Under the pieces are notes generated by a model. It was not told where the DNA came from and searched no databases. It saw only the letters and a list, made by a program, of their open reading frames with translations. Shown in pieces: positions 1 through 11,104 of a stretch of DNA of 64,000 nt. The translations under genes and the position numbers were made by a program. Numbering within the stretch: position 1 is the first letter of the stretch; the number at the start of each line of letters is the position of its first letter. Origin of the DNA: Naegleria gruberi (Eukaryota); the NCBI GenBank assembly GCA_000004985.1, contig GG738850.1; one strand, given 5' to 3'.

Positions 1-681
1 TTTCTTTCCAAATATTTGAACGAATAAATTATCTGAATTATCATAGTGAATTGGTGTCAATGATTGATCAGAAGAAATCCACATATTTCTATAAAATTGT
101 GAACTGCCAATCAATTGACTTTGTAAATTTTCCACATTTCCCAATTTTGATTTGGTTTGTTGTAATTGCCAAAATGCATCTCCCAACACCCGAGTGTCCA
201 TTTGATAAATGTAGTGTTTCTCATTGGGAGAGAGGAGAAACATTGGTTCCTTTTGTAGCTGTCCTCTCGTTCCAAAGACAAACGAGAGAGCTTGTTCCAA
301 ACTCATTGAAACAACCTTCCTTTGTGGCGATTGGACATTCTTATATCCATGTCCACCAGGAAACACACCATCAGTGGCAACATATAAATCAACTGTCTGT
401 CCACCCACTTGTGATCCATAATCCTTCACCAAATCCATAAAATCCTTCATAAAACCATCAACATTAACCAATCCATCAGTCGACTGCTGATCAATCACAT
501 GTGGTACAGCATGTAAGACCAATCTTTGCAAATTGATATTCTCTCCCCTTTTCTGTTCGGAATTGAAGGGATGAACAGAGAGTGGTTTGGCAGAACATTC
601 GAGACCTTGCCCGGTGAATTGTTCTAAAAGCCATTTGGAGAGTGAGCTACTACCAGTAACACCTTGATTGGTTTGAACCAT
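1..681 (-). CDS. JmjC/cupin-domain protein, N-terminal part (about 227 codons); the ORF continues past the window start
   Basis: ATG at 681-679 on the minus strand in an A-rich context. I translated it by hand and it stays open down to position 1. It is missing from the ORF track only because there is no stop inside the window. The last translated residues (...TPIHYDNSDNLFVQIFGKK) match the JmjC HxD...N..Q..G.K motif seen in JMJD5/HSPBAP1-type proteins. Confidence 0.55.
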   Translation of the reverse strand, partial: MVQTNQGVTGSSSLSKWLLEQFTGQGLECSAKPLSVHPFNSEQKRGENINLQRLVLHAVPHVIDQQSTDGLVNVDGFMKDFMDLVKDYGSQVGGQTVDLYVATDGVFPGGHGYKNVQSPQRKVVSMSLEQALSFVFGTRGQLQKEPMFLLSPNEKHYIYQMDTRVLGDAFWQLQQTKSKLGNVENLQSQLIGSSQFYRNMWISSDQSLTPIHYDNSDNLFVQIFGKK

Positions 682-839
682 TTTTTTATTATTTAAAATT
701 ATGTTGATCTTTGGCTATGAGAAAGATTTCGCAATGAAATTCTGCAAAAACGAATCACAGATTGGAACCAAGTTGGAAAAAGTTCACCGAGTCAGTGACG
801 TGGTTGTTCTGTATTCATATCAATGGTTAATAATCTTTA

Positions 840-1547
840 TTACAAATTCTTTTGAATGGCTTCTCTCATAACCTTGATGGTTTGTTGAGGTTGAGGAGAT
901 TTGAAAATTGCAGAACCAGAAACAACAACGTTAGCTCCTGCTTCAGCTGCTGGAACAATGGTTGTTTCAGTAACACCACCATCAACTTGAATATTCAAAT
1001 GTGGATACTTTTCACGTAAAATCTTGACTTTTTCCATTTGATCAGCCATAAAAGATTGTCCACCAAATCCAGGTTCAACACTCATAATTAAAATCATATA
1101 AATGGATTCAGTATGATTATCCAAAATAGGGAATAAAACATCAACTGGAGTCTTTGGTTTGATAGTAATTGAAGTTTTGCATTGTTTTCCTTGTTTTTCA
1201 TTTTCTTCTTTAATTAAATTCATAACTTTTAATGTAGATTCCAAATCACCATTTTCCGATTCGTAATGGAAAGTAATATTATCAGCTCCTGCTTCAATAA
1301 AATCATGAATCCATTTACTTGGATGAGAAACCATCAAGTGGCAATCCAAAAATCCCTTGGTATGTTTTCTCAATGATTTAACTACTGGTGCTCCGATAGT
1401 AATATTATTAACAAAATGACCATCCATCACATCAACGTGTAACCAATCGGCTCCGAAATCTAACATTTGATTGGAATCGGCAGCGAGAGTGGCAAAGTCA
1501 GCACTAAGAATTGATGGACAAATAATGGCTTGGAGTTGTTGAGACAT
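840..1547 (-). CDS. RPE: ribulose-phosphate 3-epimerase
   Basis: A 235-aa ORF. Motifs include ...DVMDGHFV, a GADxITFH-type region, SVEPGFGGQSF and VDGG, giving the typical RPE TIM-barrel pattern. Single exon with a TAA stop. Confidence 0.88.
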   Translation of the reverse strand: MSQQLQAIICPSILSADFATLAADSNQMLDFGADWLHVDVMDGHFVNNITIGAPVVKSLRKHTKGFLDCHLMVSHPSKWIHDFIEAGADNITFHYESENGDLESTLKVMNLIKEENEKQGKQCKTSITIKPKTPVDVLFPILDNHTESIYMILIMSVEPGFGGQSFMADQMEKVKILREKYPHLNIQVDGGVTETTIVPAAEAGANVVVSGSAIFKSPQPQQTIKVMREAIQKNL

Positions 1548-1681
1548 TTTTTTAGAATTAATTTATTAATTTATTAGAATATTGTGTTTAATTTGTTTAA
1601 TTTTAGAAGGCGAATTAGTAAACATTTTAGTAAATATTGTCGGTACGGGAAATAATTGTACAGTGTGATTTATTAATGAAA

Positions 1682-4359
1682 TTACAGTTTGTCGGATTGC
1701 AATGTGAAACGAGGGAAGTTAATTCTAGGATAAGGTGTTTGAGAGAGTTTGACTTTGGAGGCCTTCTTATTGGCAAGGAGTAGTGAGGCAACTTCCTTTT
1801 TCCAGTTGTCTGCTTCTTTTTGTAATCCTTCAAATTCTTCTAAAGCTATTGAGACATAGATAATTAAATCTTTTGGAATGTCGAGGGATGGATTGTCGCG
1901 TACGAGATCATTAAATGATTTGGAATCTGCCTGAACTGATTTAAGTGTTTGAATAAATGTTTCAACCTTGCTCTTCAAAACTCTAAAATAATTTTGTTTA
2001 AGGATATATTGAATTAAATTCTCAATACTTACAAATCAATTGATTCTTCAACTCTTTGGAATTCACTATCAACGGCCTCTTCAGCTTGTGCTTCCTTCTT
2101 CTTCTTTTTCAATATTGAGGATGATCTAATCTTTGATACAGAGCTGTAGGAAACAATAGACTCAATACTTGGACGAGTTCCAGATATTGAAGTTCTTCTT
2201 GGTTCCATATCCAAACTACGACGTATGCCTGTATCTTCAACTGAAACTATTGTTCTCTTCTTTTCATAGGCTGGTGGCGTAAGTGAGTTACTGTTAGATC
2301 TGTCTCTTCCAACTATTGGAGAACTTGGTTTATCCTTCTTAGGTTTGTCTTGAGGAATGGCAGAGAGTGGTGCAAATTCTGAAAATACTGACGAAGAGTA
2401 TCTTTGCAATTTGAAAAGAATAATTCTTTGGAAGATGCTTCTAATGTCTGCACTCCAATGAAGGAACAAGTGATAGAATCTATCTCTCAACAAGTCATGC
2501 CCAATAAATTTCATTCTTGCCCTTCCGTTGAACAAGTCCAGAATATTATACACGAAAATTAAAGTTCTCGAAACAATTTGGAAATGGTCTGTTTCAAGAA
2601 GTCTCGAAATTGCTGTTTCAAAGAACTCGAAATTGAAGCTATATCACAAATTAATTCTTGATTAAATTTTCTAGTATACTTACTTCTCAGGTAGTGAACC
2701 AATAAATAGTTCAATATTAGAGTCATTAGATTCCAAGTAGAAATAGGTATGTTGATGTTTTTGATTTCTGTACAGTAAATATTGTTGGAATTGGTGTTCC
2801 AAGTGTCTCACTTCTTCGAACCACTTGTCCGTCCAATCTAGAGTGTAGAAAACTTGATCGGGGTTATATCCGTTAGTGTTTGAGAAGAAAATTTCCATCA
2901 AAATGTTAATCACTCTAGGGTTACGAAGAGCAATCAGGGAGCATGACAACCATTGCTTAAATGCGATGGATTCGTGGCCATCCTCACCTCTTGCTGATTC
3001 TTCTAATCTTTGAATTTTTTGTTCTTGTTTGTTAGTTGTATCAGTTGATGAAACAATAGCATCGCTAAAGTTAATATTGATATGTTGTTTCAAATAAATT
3101 TCACCCAATTGAGTAAAATGAGTTACAAGAGTAGTATATCCGGGCACTAGTTGCCAATGTTTGTTTGATGTATCATGTTTCATAATCTTACTGATTTGAT
3201 CCACAAATTCTGAGAAGAAATAATTGAAAAAGTCGGCTGAAACCTTTGATGTTGGTACCCACACAGATGCATTCTTCATCCATTCACTCATCTTGATTAG
3301 AATAGACTTGGTATTTGGATCATTGAGTGGATCAATTTCAAAGAAGAATTTAAAGTAGCACAGAGCTGTCTTGAGTACGAATAATTTTTCCTCATCCTCA
3401 GCTGGCTCTTCTTTTGTCTTTTCTTCTTCATCTGAGTCATATTGTCCTAGAAGGGTCGAGAGACTGGTCATTGAAGGGACATACTTTAAGTTTTTAAAAG
3501 ACTTTTTCTTAATGTCCAAGTTAGTGTTCACAATATCAACAGTTTCAGGTTCCACAAAATCGGAATCAAATTGTTTCAAACAAAGGCTAGCAACAAACAT
3601 CTCAATTTGATCGACCGATAATAATCGGAAACAGTTTACGGCCAGAACAGAAGCACAAAATCTCATCAATTCAACAACGATATTTTCATGCTTCTTCGTC
3701 TTTAGTACTTGGTTGATGACGAAATCTTGAGTTCTCACCAGTAATTCCTTGTATTCCAATAGGACCTTCTTTGATAGTTCATCATTACCGTCGGATTTCT
3801 TCATAGATCCTAGTAAAGAGCTTAGGAAACCTTTCTTTTGTGGTTGGTTGTTAGGATTAAATGTTGGACTAATTTTCAAGAATGATAGATCTGTTTCTGT
3901 AGATGATGAGAGATCGGCACCAGTGTGTGATGGAGAGACCTCCTTTGTTATTTGATTCAAAATTAGGTTTTGGAAATACTTTGGGTGAAATTCTCTTCTC
4001 TTGATCAACAATAAAATTAACTTGTAGCAAGGTAATCTATAATTAATGCTGATCATATCTATTCTAATAATCAAATACTTCCACACATCCAGGAATAGCT
4101 GTGATGCTTGGAGTCTCTTCTTTGTAATGTTGTGTGTTTCTTCCAATCCAATAACTCCCACATTGTTATCAATTGTTAAACCTCCGAAATCAAATCTTGG
4201 ATCTTCTTGAAACATTTCCAAGAGTTGAGATAATACATTCTCTTGGATCGTTTGTGATGACAGTAATTGTTTACACAATTTCTCTTGCTTTCCTGTCCAC
4301 TTTACCAGAAAATCCCTTCTGCTGGTAAATTGTTGTGTAGGGTCTTCTATAGCGCTCAT
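1682..4359 (-). CDS. large conserved protein of unknown function (about 850 aa), three exons: 2684..4359, 2033..2638, 1682..1982
   Basis: Three ORF-track pieces (2680..4362, 2029..2553, 1682..1978) join in frame. Intron 1 is a 45-nt GTAAGT...TAG intron (2639..2683) that fuses ...SLPE to NFNFEFFETAISRLLETDHFQ... with the phase preserved. Intron 2 is a 50-nt GTAAGT...TAG intron (1983..2032). The true ATG is at 4359-4357; the ORF-track M at 4362 is a TTG. The ORF-track starts of pieces 2 and 3 are GTG/TTG, not ATG. I do not recognise the product. Confidence 0.55.
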
Positions 4360-4845
4360 CAAATTTAAAATTGACTAATATAAATATTAAAATATGATGA
4401 TGATTAGTCAAGATTGCCAAAGCTGCCTGATGATAGCAAATCTGATGATATGAAAAGAAAGGCTTTTTTTTATTTTTGGAATTTTGAAAATATAGGCCTT
4501 ATTTGTGAGTATGAAATGACTTCAACCTTCTCCGACCAGCCGTGATGCAACGGCTCTTTGGCATAATTATGGAAGACATTGATCCAATTTTAAATAGTGG
4601 TGTTTCATCAATCTTCCAAAGATTTTTGTATTGTCGCTAAAACCTTGTTGGCTGATATATATTGGTAGGAAATCATTCTTGTTATCAATTTACAAAGACA
4701 ACAATATCTCTGTTTGTGTAGAACGTTTGTTGGTATGAATTATATTGAATGTTTAGAAACCAATTAATTTCCCTTATCTCGGAACATTAACGAGGTCTGG
4801 GGTTGAAATTTTCTTCTTGAAATGCTTGAGTGATTAATTTGGTGC

Positions 4846-5874
4846 TTACAGTTGTTGATTGGTATTATTCATTCGTTGTAAATATTCGTTCAATCTGAGC
4901 TGAATGACAAACTTATTGAGATGATAGACAAAATATTCGTCAGAGTTTTCCATTTTGATTTCGTGAAGATCTTTGAGTTGAATCCAAGGTTTGGACTTTT
5001 CTATTGAGCTGAGCTTGTTCATGATCAGTTGATGGTATTCACTTCGTTTCTCTTCAGAGGGAAGATGATTTCTCACCTTCATTAATTGATCTCTTTCCTC
5101 AGAGCCATTTTCAAACCAGATACGTGGGGGTTTTCCTTGAATTAATCTCTCAGTTTCGTAACACAATCTTAGTGAGTGGTAGTAATTCTTTTGGTAACCT
5201 CGTTTGATTTTACCCTCTCCTTGTTGTAATTGTCTTTTAGCAAATGCACAATGAGATGAAATAACCTTCTTATTTAAGAATTGAATGTTTAACTTTTTCA
5301 AAGGTTCCCATTCTCTTGATTGATATTTATATGGGAAGAAATCTGGAACGAATAATGTTTGAAATACGAAAGGATTTCCATGTAGACACAATTCCAAATA
5401 TTTTCCAATTTCTAATTAATTATTAGATTAATCCAAATAATATAAATATTAATATTATTATTTTGTTGTAATTAATAGTAATAAATTAATAATAATTATT
5501 ATAATAAATAATGATCTGATCAAAGTACACAACCTACCAAAACATGAAATATCATTTCCATCCTTTGTTACGGTACAAATTCCCTTATCAGCCAAATTCA
5601 ACACCTTTGCCTTGGCACTTCCAATGCTACTAATATCAACATATGATAATTTTGGTTCATCAATAGAAAAAGAAGGCATTGATAGGAATTGCTCACACGG
5701 TAACATGTAAATCATGACAAAATCAAAATCACTCTTATTTTCATTCTTTAAATTGTAGAGTGTTGATCCGACAGCTGTGATGAACAGTAATTTAGCCTTT
5801 GGTGAAACATTTTCCTTCAGGAAATCCTCACCCATCAATTTGATAGAATTTTCATCGAATTGTTTGTTGTTCAT
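4846..5874 (-). CDS. small Pol-beta-superfamily nucleotidyltransferase (about 300 aa), two exons: 5538..5874 and 4846..5411
   Basis: ATG at 5874-5872 after an A-run. The exon-1 motif ...AVGSTLYNLKNENKSDFDFVMIY follows the G-S-x(9-13)-D-x-D-x-V pattern of minimal nucleotidyltransferases (OAS/SMODS/predicted-NTase type). A 126-nt GTAGGT...TAG intron (5412..5537) joins ...DISCF to EIGKYLELCLHG... in phase. The C-terminal half has a KNYYHSLRLCYETERLI helix typical of the second domain of small predicted NTases. Confidence 0.5.
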
Positions 5875-5884
5875 TTTTTTTAAT

Positions 5885-7490
5885 CAAATACCTAAACAGA
5901 AAAACCTTAGAGTACTTGGCCATTACCCTTGGGATGATACTTTGGTAACACAAGACATCCAATCCAAGATAGACAAATTCACAAAATCATTAAGATTTTT
6001 ACCATTATTCAAATTACAGCCAACAAACCTTAAAATAATTATGCATGCTAAAGCAATCAGCCTATTCACTCACCTCTCAAAAATCAATATAATCCCTTTA
6101 AAGAAAGCTCAGGAAATAGATCGTGCAATTAGAGGTGCAATCAGACGTAAATTATTAATGGACAGAGCAACTCCAACAAGTTTCTTTCACCTGCCATTAG
6201 AAGAAGGTGGATTAGGATTACCATCAATTGAGGAATTCTCTGAAAGAATGAATTTAAGAACTATGAATTTAATCGCCAATAATAAGAATAAGTTAATAAG
6301 AAAAGCTTTCAAACATGGTATCAAACATTGTGAGGAAACTAAAGATAATATTTATGCTAAATGGTTATCTGTACTTAAAGAATATAATCTCACATTTGTG
6401 CAGAATGATACGAAATTTAGAATAGCCAAAATTAAAACAGGGAATAGTTTCGATATCCATACAGATGGATCTAGAATTAATCAAAAGACAGGAATGGGTA
6501 TTAATATTTATGATACCTCAAATAGATCAGTTCCTTGTAAAACTTTATCCCTCAGAATCAATAATCATTATTCAAATAATATAGCCGAAATATGCTCTAT
6601 AATAACTTCTATTAATGTAATCCCACGAAACTCTAAAGTTACCATTCATACTGATAGTGAAGTTGCAATAGAAGTTCTCAAAGATAGATACAAAGGAGAT
6701 TTTCTAACATTAAAAGAAGCCTTCTTTAGAACAACCAAAAATAGAAAAATAGAATATGAAATTAAGAAAGTTGAAGCACACAAAGATAGCGAGAATATCA
6801 AGGTTGATTTAATAGCAAAGAATGCTACAACCAGAGATGATATTTTTGATATTCGTAATTTACTCAAGAATCAACACCTCCTTGTTAAGGATGGTGTTGT
6901 CATCTTCAATCATAAGAAGATGACCATAACAAGACATTTAAGTGTAAGACATAATAAGATGAATGAAAACCCTAACTTTATTCTAAACCAAAGTTGGTAT
7001 TCTCTTAATGTGCAATACCTTAAAACTCGTCTTACTCCTAAAACTAAATACTTTATATGGAGAAATTCCATCAATGCCCATATCAATTTTGGTAAGGGTA
7101 AAAGTTTCTGTTACGATTGTGGTACAGAATCTGATTTATTCCATTACATTCATGAGTGCCCTGGCTTGGATAGTGCCAGGTATTTTTGTCAGTCAAAGAT
7201 ATCTGATATTCTTGAAGGGAGAGAGTGCTTACTTTCTCATTTTCAATTCAAACCAGAAAAGCATCACCATGCATTACATTTCCATCATAACGGAATCACC
7301 TCTTTCGAAGATGGATACATGCAATTCCATAAAGACATCGCTAAGAAGTGGCCAGAGATCCAAGGTGCCATTTCTAACTTTGTCGGCCGTTCCTATTCTA
7401 ACTATTATATTGACTCCAAATAATTTATATAACCTATGAGAATCTGAATAGATTCGTTATTGTCGTAATAAAAGATTTTTTTTAATCAAA
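5885..7490 (+). mobile_element. 5'-truncated non-LTR retrotransposon (LINE) fragment: RT C-terminal region, RNase H and C-terminal zinc knuckle
   Basis: One long + frame (ORF track 5777..7423, non-ATG start) encodes RT distal motifs (...LRVLGHYPWDD..., FHLPLEEGGLGLPS). A clear RNase H follows (TDGSR..G.GI...E..AI...TDSEVAI...AHKD...N..VDLIAKNA). Then a Cys/His knuckle (CYDCGTESDLFHYIHECPG). No endonuclease or N-terminal RT is present, so it is 5'-truncated. It lies about 100 bp upstream of tRNA-Gly. The ends are approximate. Confidence 0.6.
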
Positions 7491-7583
7491 TTCAACAACG
7501 AATCTTGTTATTTTTGGATTTATTACAAAATCTTGGAAAACCGATGATGTTCATTAAGGATATTCTTAATACTATAACAAGAA

Positions 7584-7654
7584 GCGTCGATGGTTTAGTG
7601 GTAGAATACGGCGTTGCCATCGCCGTGACCCGGGTTCAATTCCCGGTCGACGCA
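7584..7654 (+). tRNA. tRNA-Gly (anticodon GCC)
   Basis: 71-nt cloverleaf. Acceptor GCGTCGA/TCGACGC; anticodon stem CGGCG/CGCCG with loop TTGCCAT; T-arm CCGGG-TTCAATT-CCCGG; discriminator A. A Pol III T-run (TTTTTT) follows 3' at about 7662. Confidence 0.85.
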
Positions 7655-8215
7655 GCCATTACTTTTTTATTTTATACTCACAAAACCTCAATAACTCAAC
7701 TTTTTGTACATAAAAGTAGACATGTGCTACTACCTATCACTGAAATTTCATCCTTCCATAATTTGTAATCATCGAGAAAATAATCACAGTTTTGCTGCCA
7801 TTTTTTTAAAAGAAAAAATATTAAATAAAAAATTGAAATCCATCAAAAATAAATAATATGAATAAACATTAAGAGTTCATCAGAGTGGTCTGATGTGTTA
7901 CATGATTTCTTGAGGAGATGAAGGCATGTAAATTAGATTTCCTAACTCCACTCTTGAGTAAGATTAGAGCTGAAAAGAAGAAGAATATTAAGGAGTGATA
8001 TTGGACTCCAAGTGACAATGCTCAGAACAGTACAGAACAGAGTAGAAGTTTAATCCTTTCTAATCATCTCTAGTGAATGAAAAGTTTCTTCACACTTAGA
8101 AACTTACTCCCATGGTTGCTGTCAATGAAAATTATTGCACTGTACAATTCCTTGCACACAACTTTTTTAATTACTTGTTAATCAATTACGCAATAATAAT
8201 CTATCAAAATTGTGT

Positions 8216-8857
8216 TTATTTCTTTCCACAGAAAGTCATCTTATCGGTACGACATTCATTAAGTCTTTCCAAATTAATGAATTGAACATCTTGCTTACAT
8301 GAATTGGTTTGCCAAATACGTTTCTCTGACCAGGTTGAATTACATGAGATGGAGTAACTTTCAGCACCATTAGAAATGCATGTATTCAATGGAGTTGCAG
8401 CAATTGATCTAACAACATCATTTTTACAATCAACCTTTCCATTGAAATTAACATGTCTGAAAGTCCACAACATTGCTGGATAATCATTGAAATTGAAAGA
8501 ACCACATTCGATGGTGTAAGGTTGCTCTGGATCACTACAAGTTTCATCTGGAGTATAAATATTATCACCTTCGGTTTCACAATTAGAACAATTACTATTG
8601 CACGATGTTCCCCAGGTGTATCTGACCTTACCTGGAGCAATTTGTGTGCATTGGGAGATTGAATAGCCATAGGTTGGATCACTAGAAGGAACACACAGAT
8701 TCGTCTTCTCAGCATAGATAGATTGGACGGTCCCAATGCATGAAGAACTACCTTTAGCATAATATTTGAATTTCACATATTGATTGTCTTGGTGAGAGTG
8801 GCAGATGGTGATGGCCAAGAAGAGGGTGAGGAGCAAAAGGGAATTGAATAATTTCAT
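8216..8857 (-). CDS. secreted cysteine-rich protein (about 213 aa)
   Basis: ATG at 8857-8855 after an A-run gives MKLFNSLLLLTLFLAITICHS, a signal peptide. There are about 24 Cys in the mature part (CxxxC spacings). The ORF-track start further upstream is a non-ATG extension. Confidence 0.55.
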   Translation of the reverse strand: MKLFNSLLLLTLFLAITICHSHQDNQYVKFKYYAKGSSSCIGTVQSIYAEKTNLCVPSSDPTYGYSISQCTQIAPGKVRYTWGTSCNSNCSNCETEGDNIYTPDETCSDPEQPYTIECGSFNFNDYPAMLWTFRHVNFNGKVDCKNDVVRSIAATPLNTCISNGAESYSISCNSTWSEKRIWQTNSCKQDVQFINLERLNECRTDKMTFCGKK

Positions 8858-9382
8858 TGTTTTTGTTTTTTTTAACGAAGAGAATGCAAAGATAAGATTC
8901 GGCCAGTTTCGAACCGGCAAGAGCTGTTCCCTTCAGACTCTTTTGGCTGCCTAAAGCAGATAGAATTTTGTGTAGTGGAAGATAAGTTTGACAGCCCCTA
9001 TCTATTTCAAATTTGACTAGGTTACAGAGAAACACCACGCTTGCTAAGTGTTCACCACAACTTTACAATATTCGAATTTGTGGCTGTAGACACTTCCATT
9101 AATAAACAAGTCCATTGGCTGCATTTCAAATTAACTTAGCAACATGATGTTTGTTCTTTTGCTTTGTATACTTCTTGGTTGCAAGTGCATTGCTACTCGA
9201 TACTTCATATGGTGCTTTGAGAACTCAATATTTGTATCAGGGCACTGGATGTCATTCAGGTGATTATTTCATGAAGTCCATTCGTGGTAGTGTTGCAGGA
9301 TGTAATGTAACTGAGTGTGCTCCATATGTTGCCGAACCAACTGTTCTCTCAAGTATGAATGTCCAACTTCATATCCAAGTAA

Positions 9383-11104
9383 TCCAGAGCTTGCATTTGG
9401 TGGAATTCAACATCTGATGATCATATCAGAGAGTTATTGACACGAGCAGGATACGACTCACCACAAAAGATTAACAGCACTGGAGCATTTGGTACTATAT
9501 TCAGGGTAGAAGATTCCATTCTAAAAGTTCTAAACTATTATAATTTAATGTCAAGTTTGCGAAAGATTCTAATTAAGGAGTATTATTTGGGAAGAAATGT
9601 TAGGGAGGAGGGAGTTCGGTACTATGGACTCATGTATAATGATGTCAAGAAATCTATTGTTGATATTAAGAGGATTATCATTCTCTCCAAAAACTTTGTT
9701 GCTCTCGAAATGAAATATTACAAATTTGGAGATTTGAGAAATTTGGTTTCTCCAAAATTGGCACTTCCACTTTCTACTCATATTTCCAGAAAGATTCTTA
9801 AAGATGTTTCGAAAGGATTGCTAAAATTGAAGGAGAATAACATTGTCCATTGTGATGTCAAGTTGGAAAATATTTTCATTGAGAAACTCGATCAACAAGA
9901 GGCAAGAATTAGAGTTATTTTAGGAGATTTTGGTGTTTCTACATTCGGAACTGATGATGAAACTCATCTTAAAGGTACAATGAAATATTTATCTCCTGAA
10001 GCTCAATATGAACATGATTATTCATCCAAGTCTGACGTTTATGCCCTTGGTGTTGTAATGAAATGTTTAACTCAAAACGATCCACATGTCAATAGAGAAT
10101 TTCTTGACAAGATGACACATCCAATTAAGGGTGAACGTTATGATATTGAGGATGTTAGAAAAAATCTTGATGATATCATCCTAATCAAGAGACATCCAAT
10201 AGATGTTCTTTCAACAATCAATGATGAATGTGAAATCATAGGCACATCAATTGTCTTGAATGGTTTCAGATATTCTGCCACTGAATACTTGGAAATCACC
10301 AATTTACAAACTGGAGAAACTTCTATGCGTTACTTCAATGAGTATATCAAATTAGCCAATTGGTGTCGCAGTAGAGATAGTGATATGTTCAATGCAAGTG
10401 ATTACTGTGGTGCCTTGTTCATCTTTCAAAACAGTAAGAATGTAATAATCCTATTCCAATCCGCCTATGACAAGGGTTTTGCTGTTTTTAATTTGAATTT
10501 TGCATTGACTCAAATTATTGTCTACCCGACATACTTTCCAAATACTATACTCGATATGAAAGTGCAGGAAGAAACCGTTTCAATTAAGACAAAGGAGGAA
10601 GATGGTGATGAAGAGTGGGTTGAATATCCACATCCGTGGTGGAATTCTGAAATGAGAGAAACTATTTTCAGTAATGAGGATGACAATTACAACGAGAACA
10701 GTGATTACACATATAGGCATCAAGTTGAAAAATTAGAAACCTATCTCACAACAAGTCATGATGAACCTCCAAAATCCTTTGCAGATGAGCTCAAACTATT
10801 CTCAAATTTTCCTTACAAAATTGAAAAACTTGAAAAGGAAACATCATATGGAGTCAATATCTATTCATTCCCATTAGAAAACTGTTTTGCAGGAGTGTGC
10901 ATCCTTTCAAAGAGATACAAAATATTTGAATACGTTGTGAACAATGTGAATGTTGATCATTTTAGTGATCCTGCTTTCCATCAAGCTCTAGAAAGAAAGA
11001 AAGCTGTTGTTGCTTGGGAATTCCTGTCTGATTACATTGTTATGATTTCAAATGTCCAAAAGATGACTCAAATAGCCGAAACCAATGAAACTTTGATTTT
11101 TTGA
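9383..11104 (+). CDS. protein kinase domain protein (Ser/Thr-like) with a roughly 250-aa C-terminal extension; the 5' exon(s) are unresolved
   Basis: Gly-loop-like STGAFGTIF, lysine in VALEMK, catalytic HCDVKLENIF, DFGVS, and GTMKYLSPE (APE-like). The frame is open from 9383 with no ATG; the ORF-track start at 9437 is TTG. An ATG at 9144 with a hydrophobic MMFVLLLCILLGCKC and a coding-looking 88-aa frame (9151..9417) suggest upstream exon(s) that I could not splice with confidence. Confidence 0.55.
   Translation, partial: SRACIWWNSTSDDHIRELLTRAGYDSPQKINSTGAFGTIFRVEDSILKVLNYYNLMSSLRKILIKEYYLGRNVREEGVRYYGLMYNDVKKSIVDIKRIIILSKNFVALEMKYYKFGDLRNLVSPKLALPLSTHISRKILKDVSKGLLKLKENNIVHCDVKLENIFIEKLDQQEARIRVILGDFGVSTFGTDDETHLKGTMKYLSPEAQYEHDYSSKSDVYALGVVMKCLTQNDPHVNREFLDKMTHPIKGERYDIEDVRKNLDDIILIKRHPIDVLSTINDECEIIGTSIVLNGFRYSATEYLEITNLQTGETSMRYFNEYIKLANWCRSRDSDMFNASDYCGALFIFQNSKNVIILFQSAYDKGFAVFNLNFALTQIIVYPTYFPNTILDMKVQEETVSIKTKEEDGDEEWVEYPHPWWNSEMRETIFSNEDDNYNENSDYTYRHQVEKLETYLTTSHDEPPKSFADELKLFSNFPYKIEKLEKETSYGVNIYSFPLENCFAGVCILSKRYKIFEYVVNNVNVDHFSDPAFHQALERKKAVVAWEFLSDYIVMISNVQKMTQIAETNETLIF

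Noticed and set aside
5777-5884. Apparent overlap of the LINE ORF with the nucleotidyltransferase exon 1
   Set aside because: The plus-strand ORF start at 5777 is a non-ATG extension by the ORF caller. RT-like sequence only begins at about 5885-5900, so the two features abut rather than overlap.
7505-7768. 87-aa plus-strand ORF
   Set aside because: It spans the tRNA-Gly gene and its Pol III terminator, so it is not a plausible protein gene.
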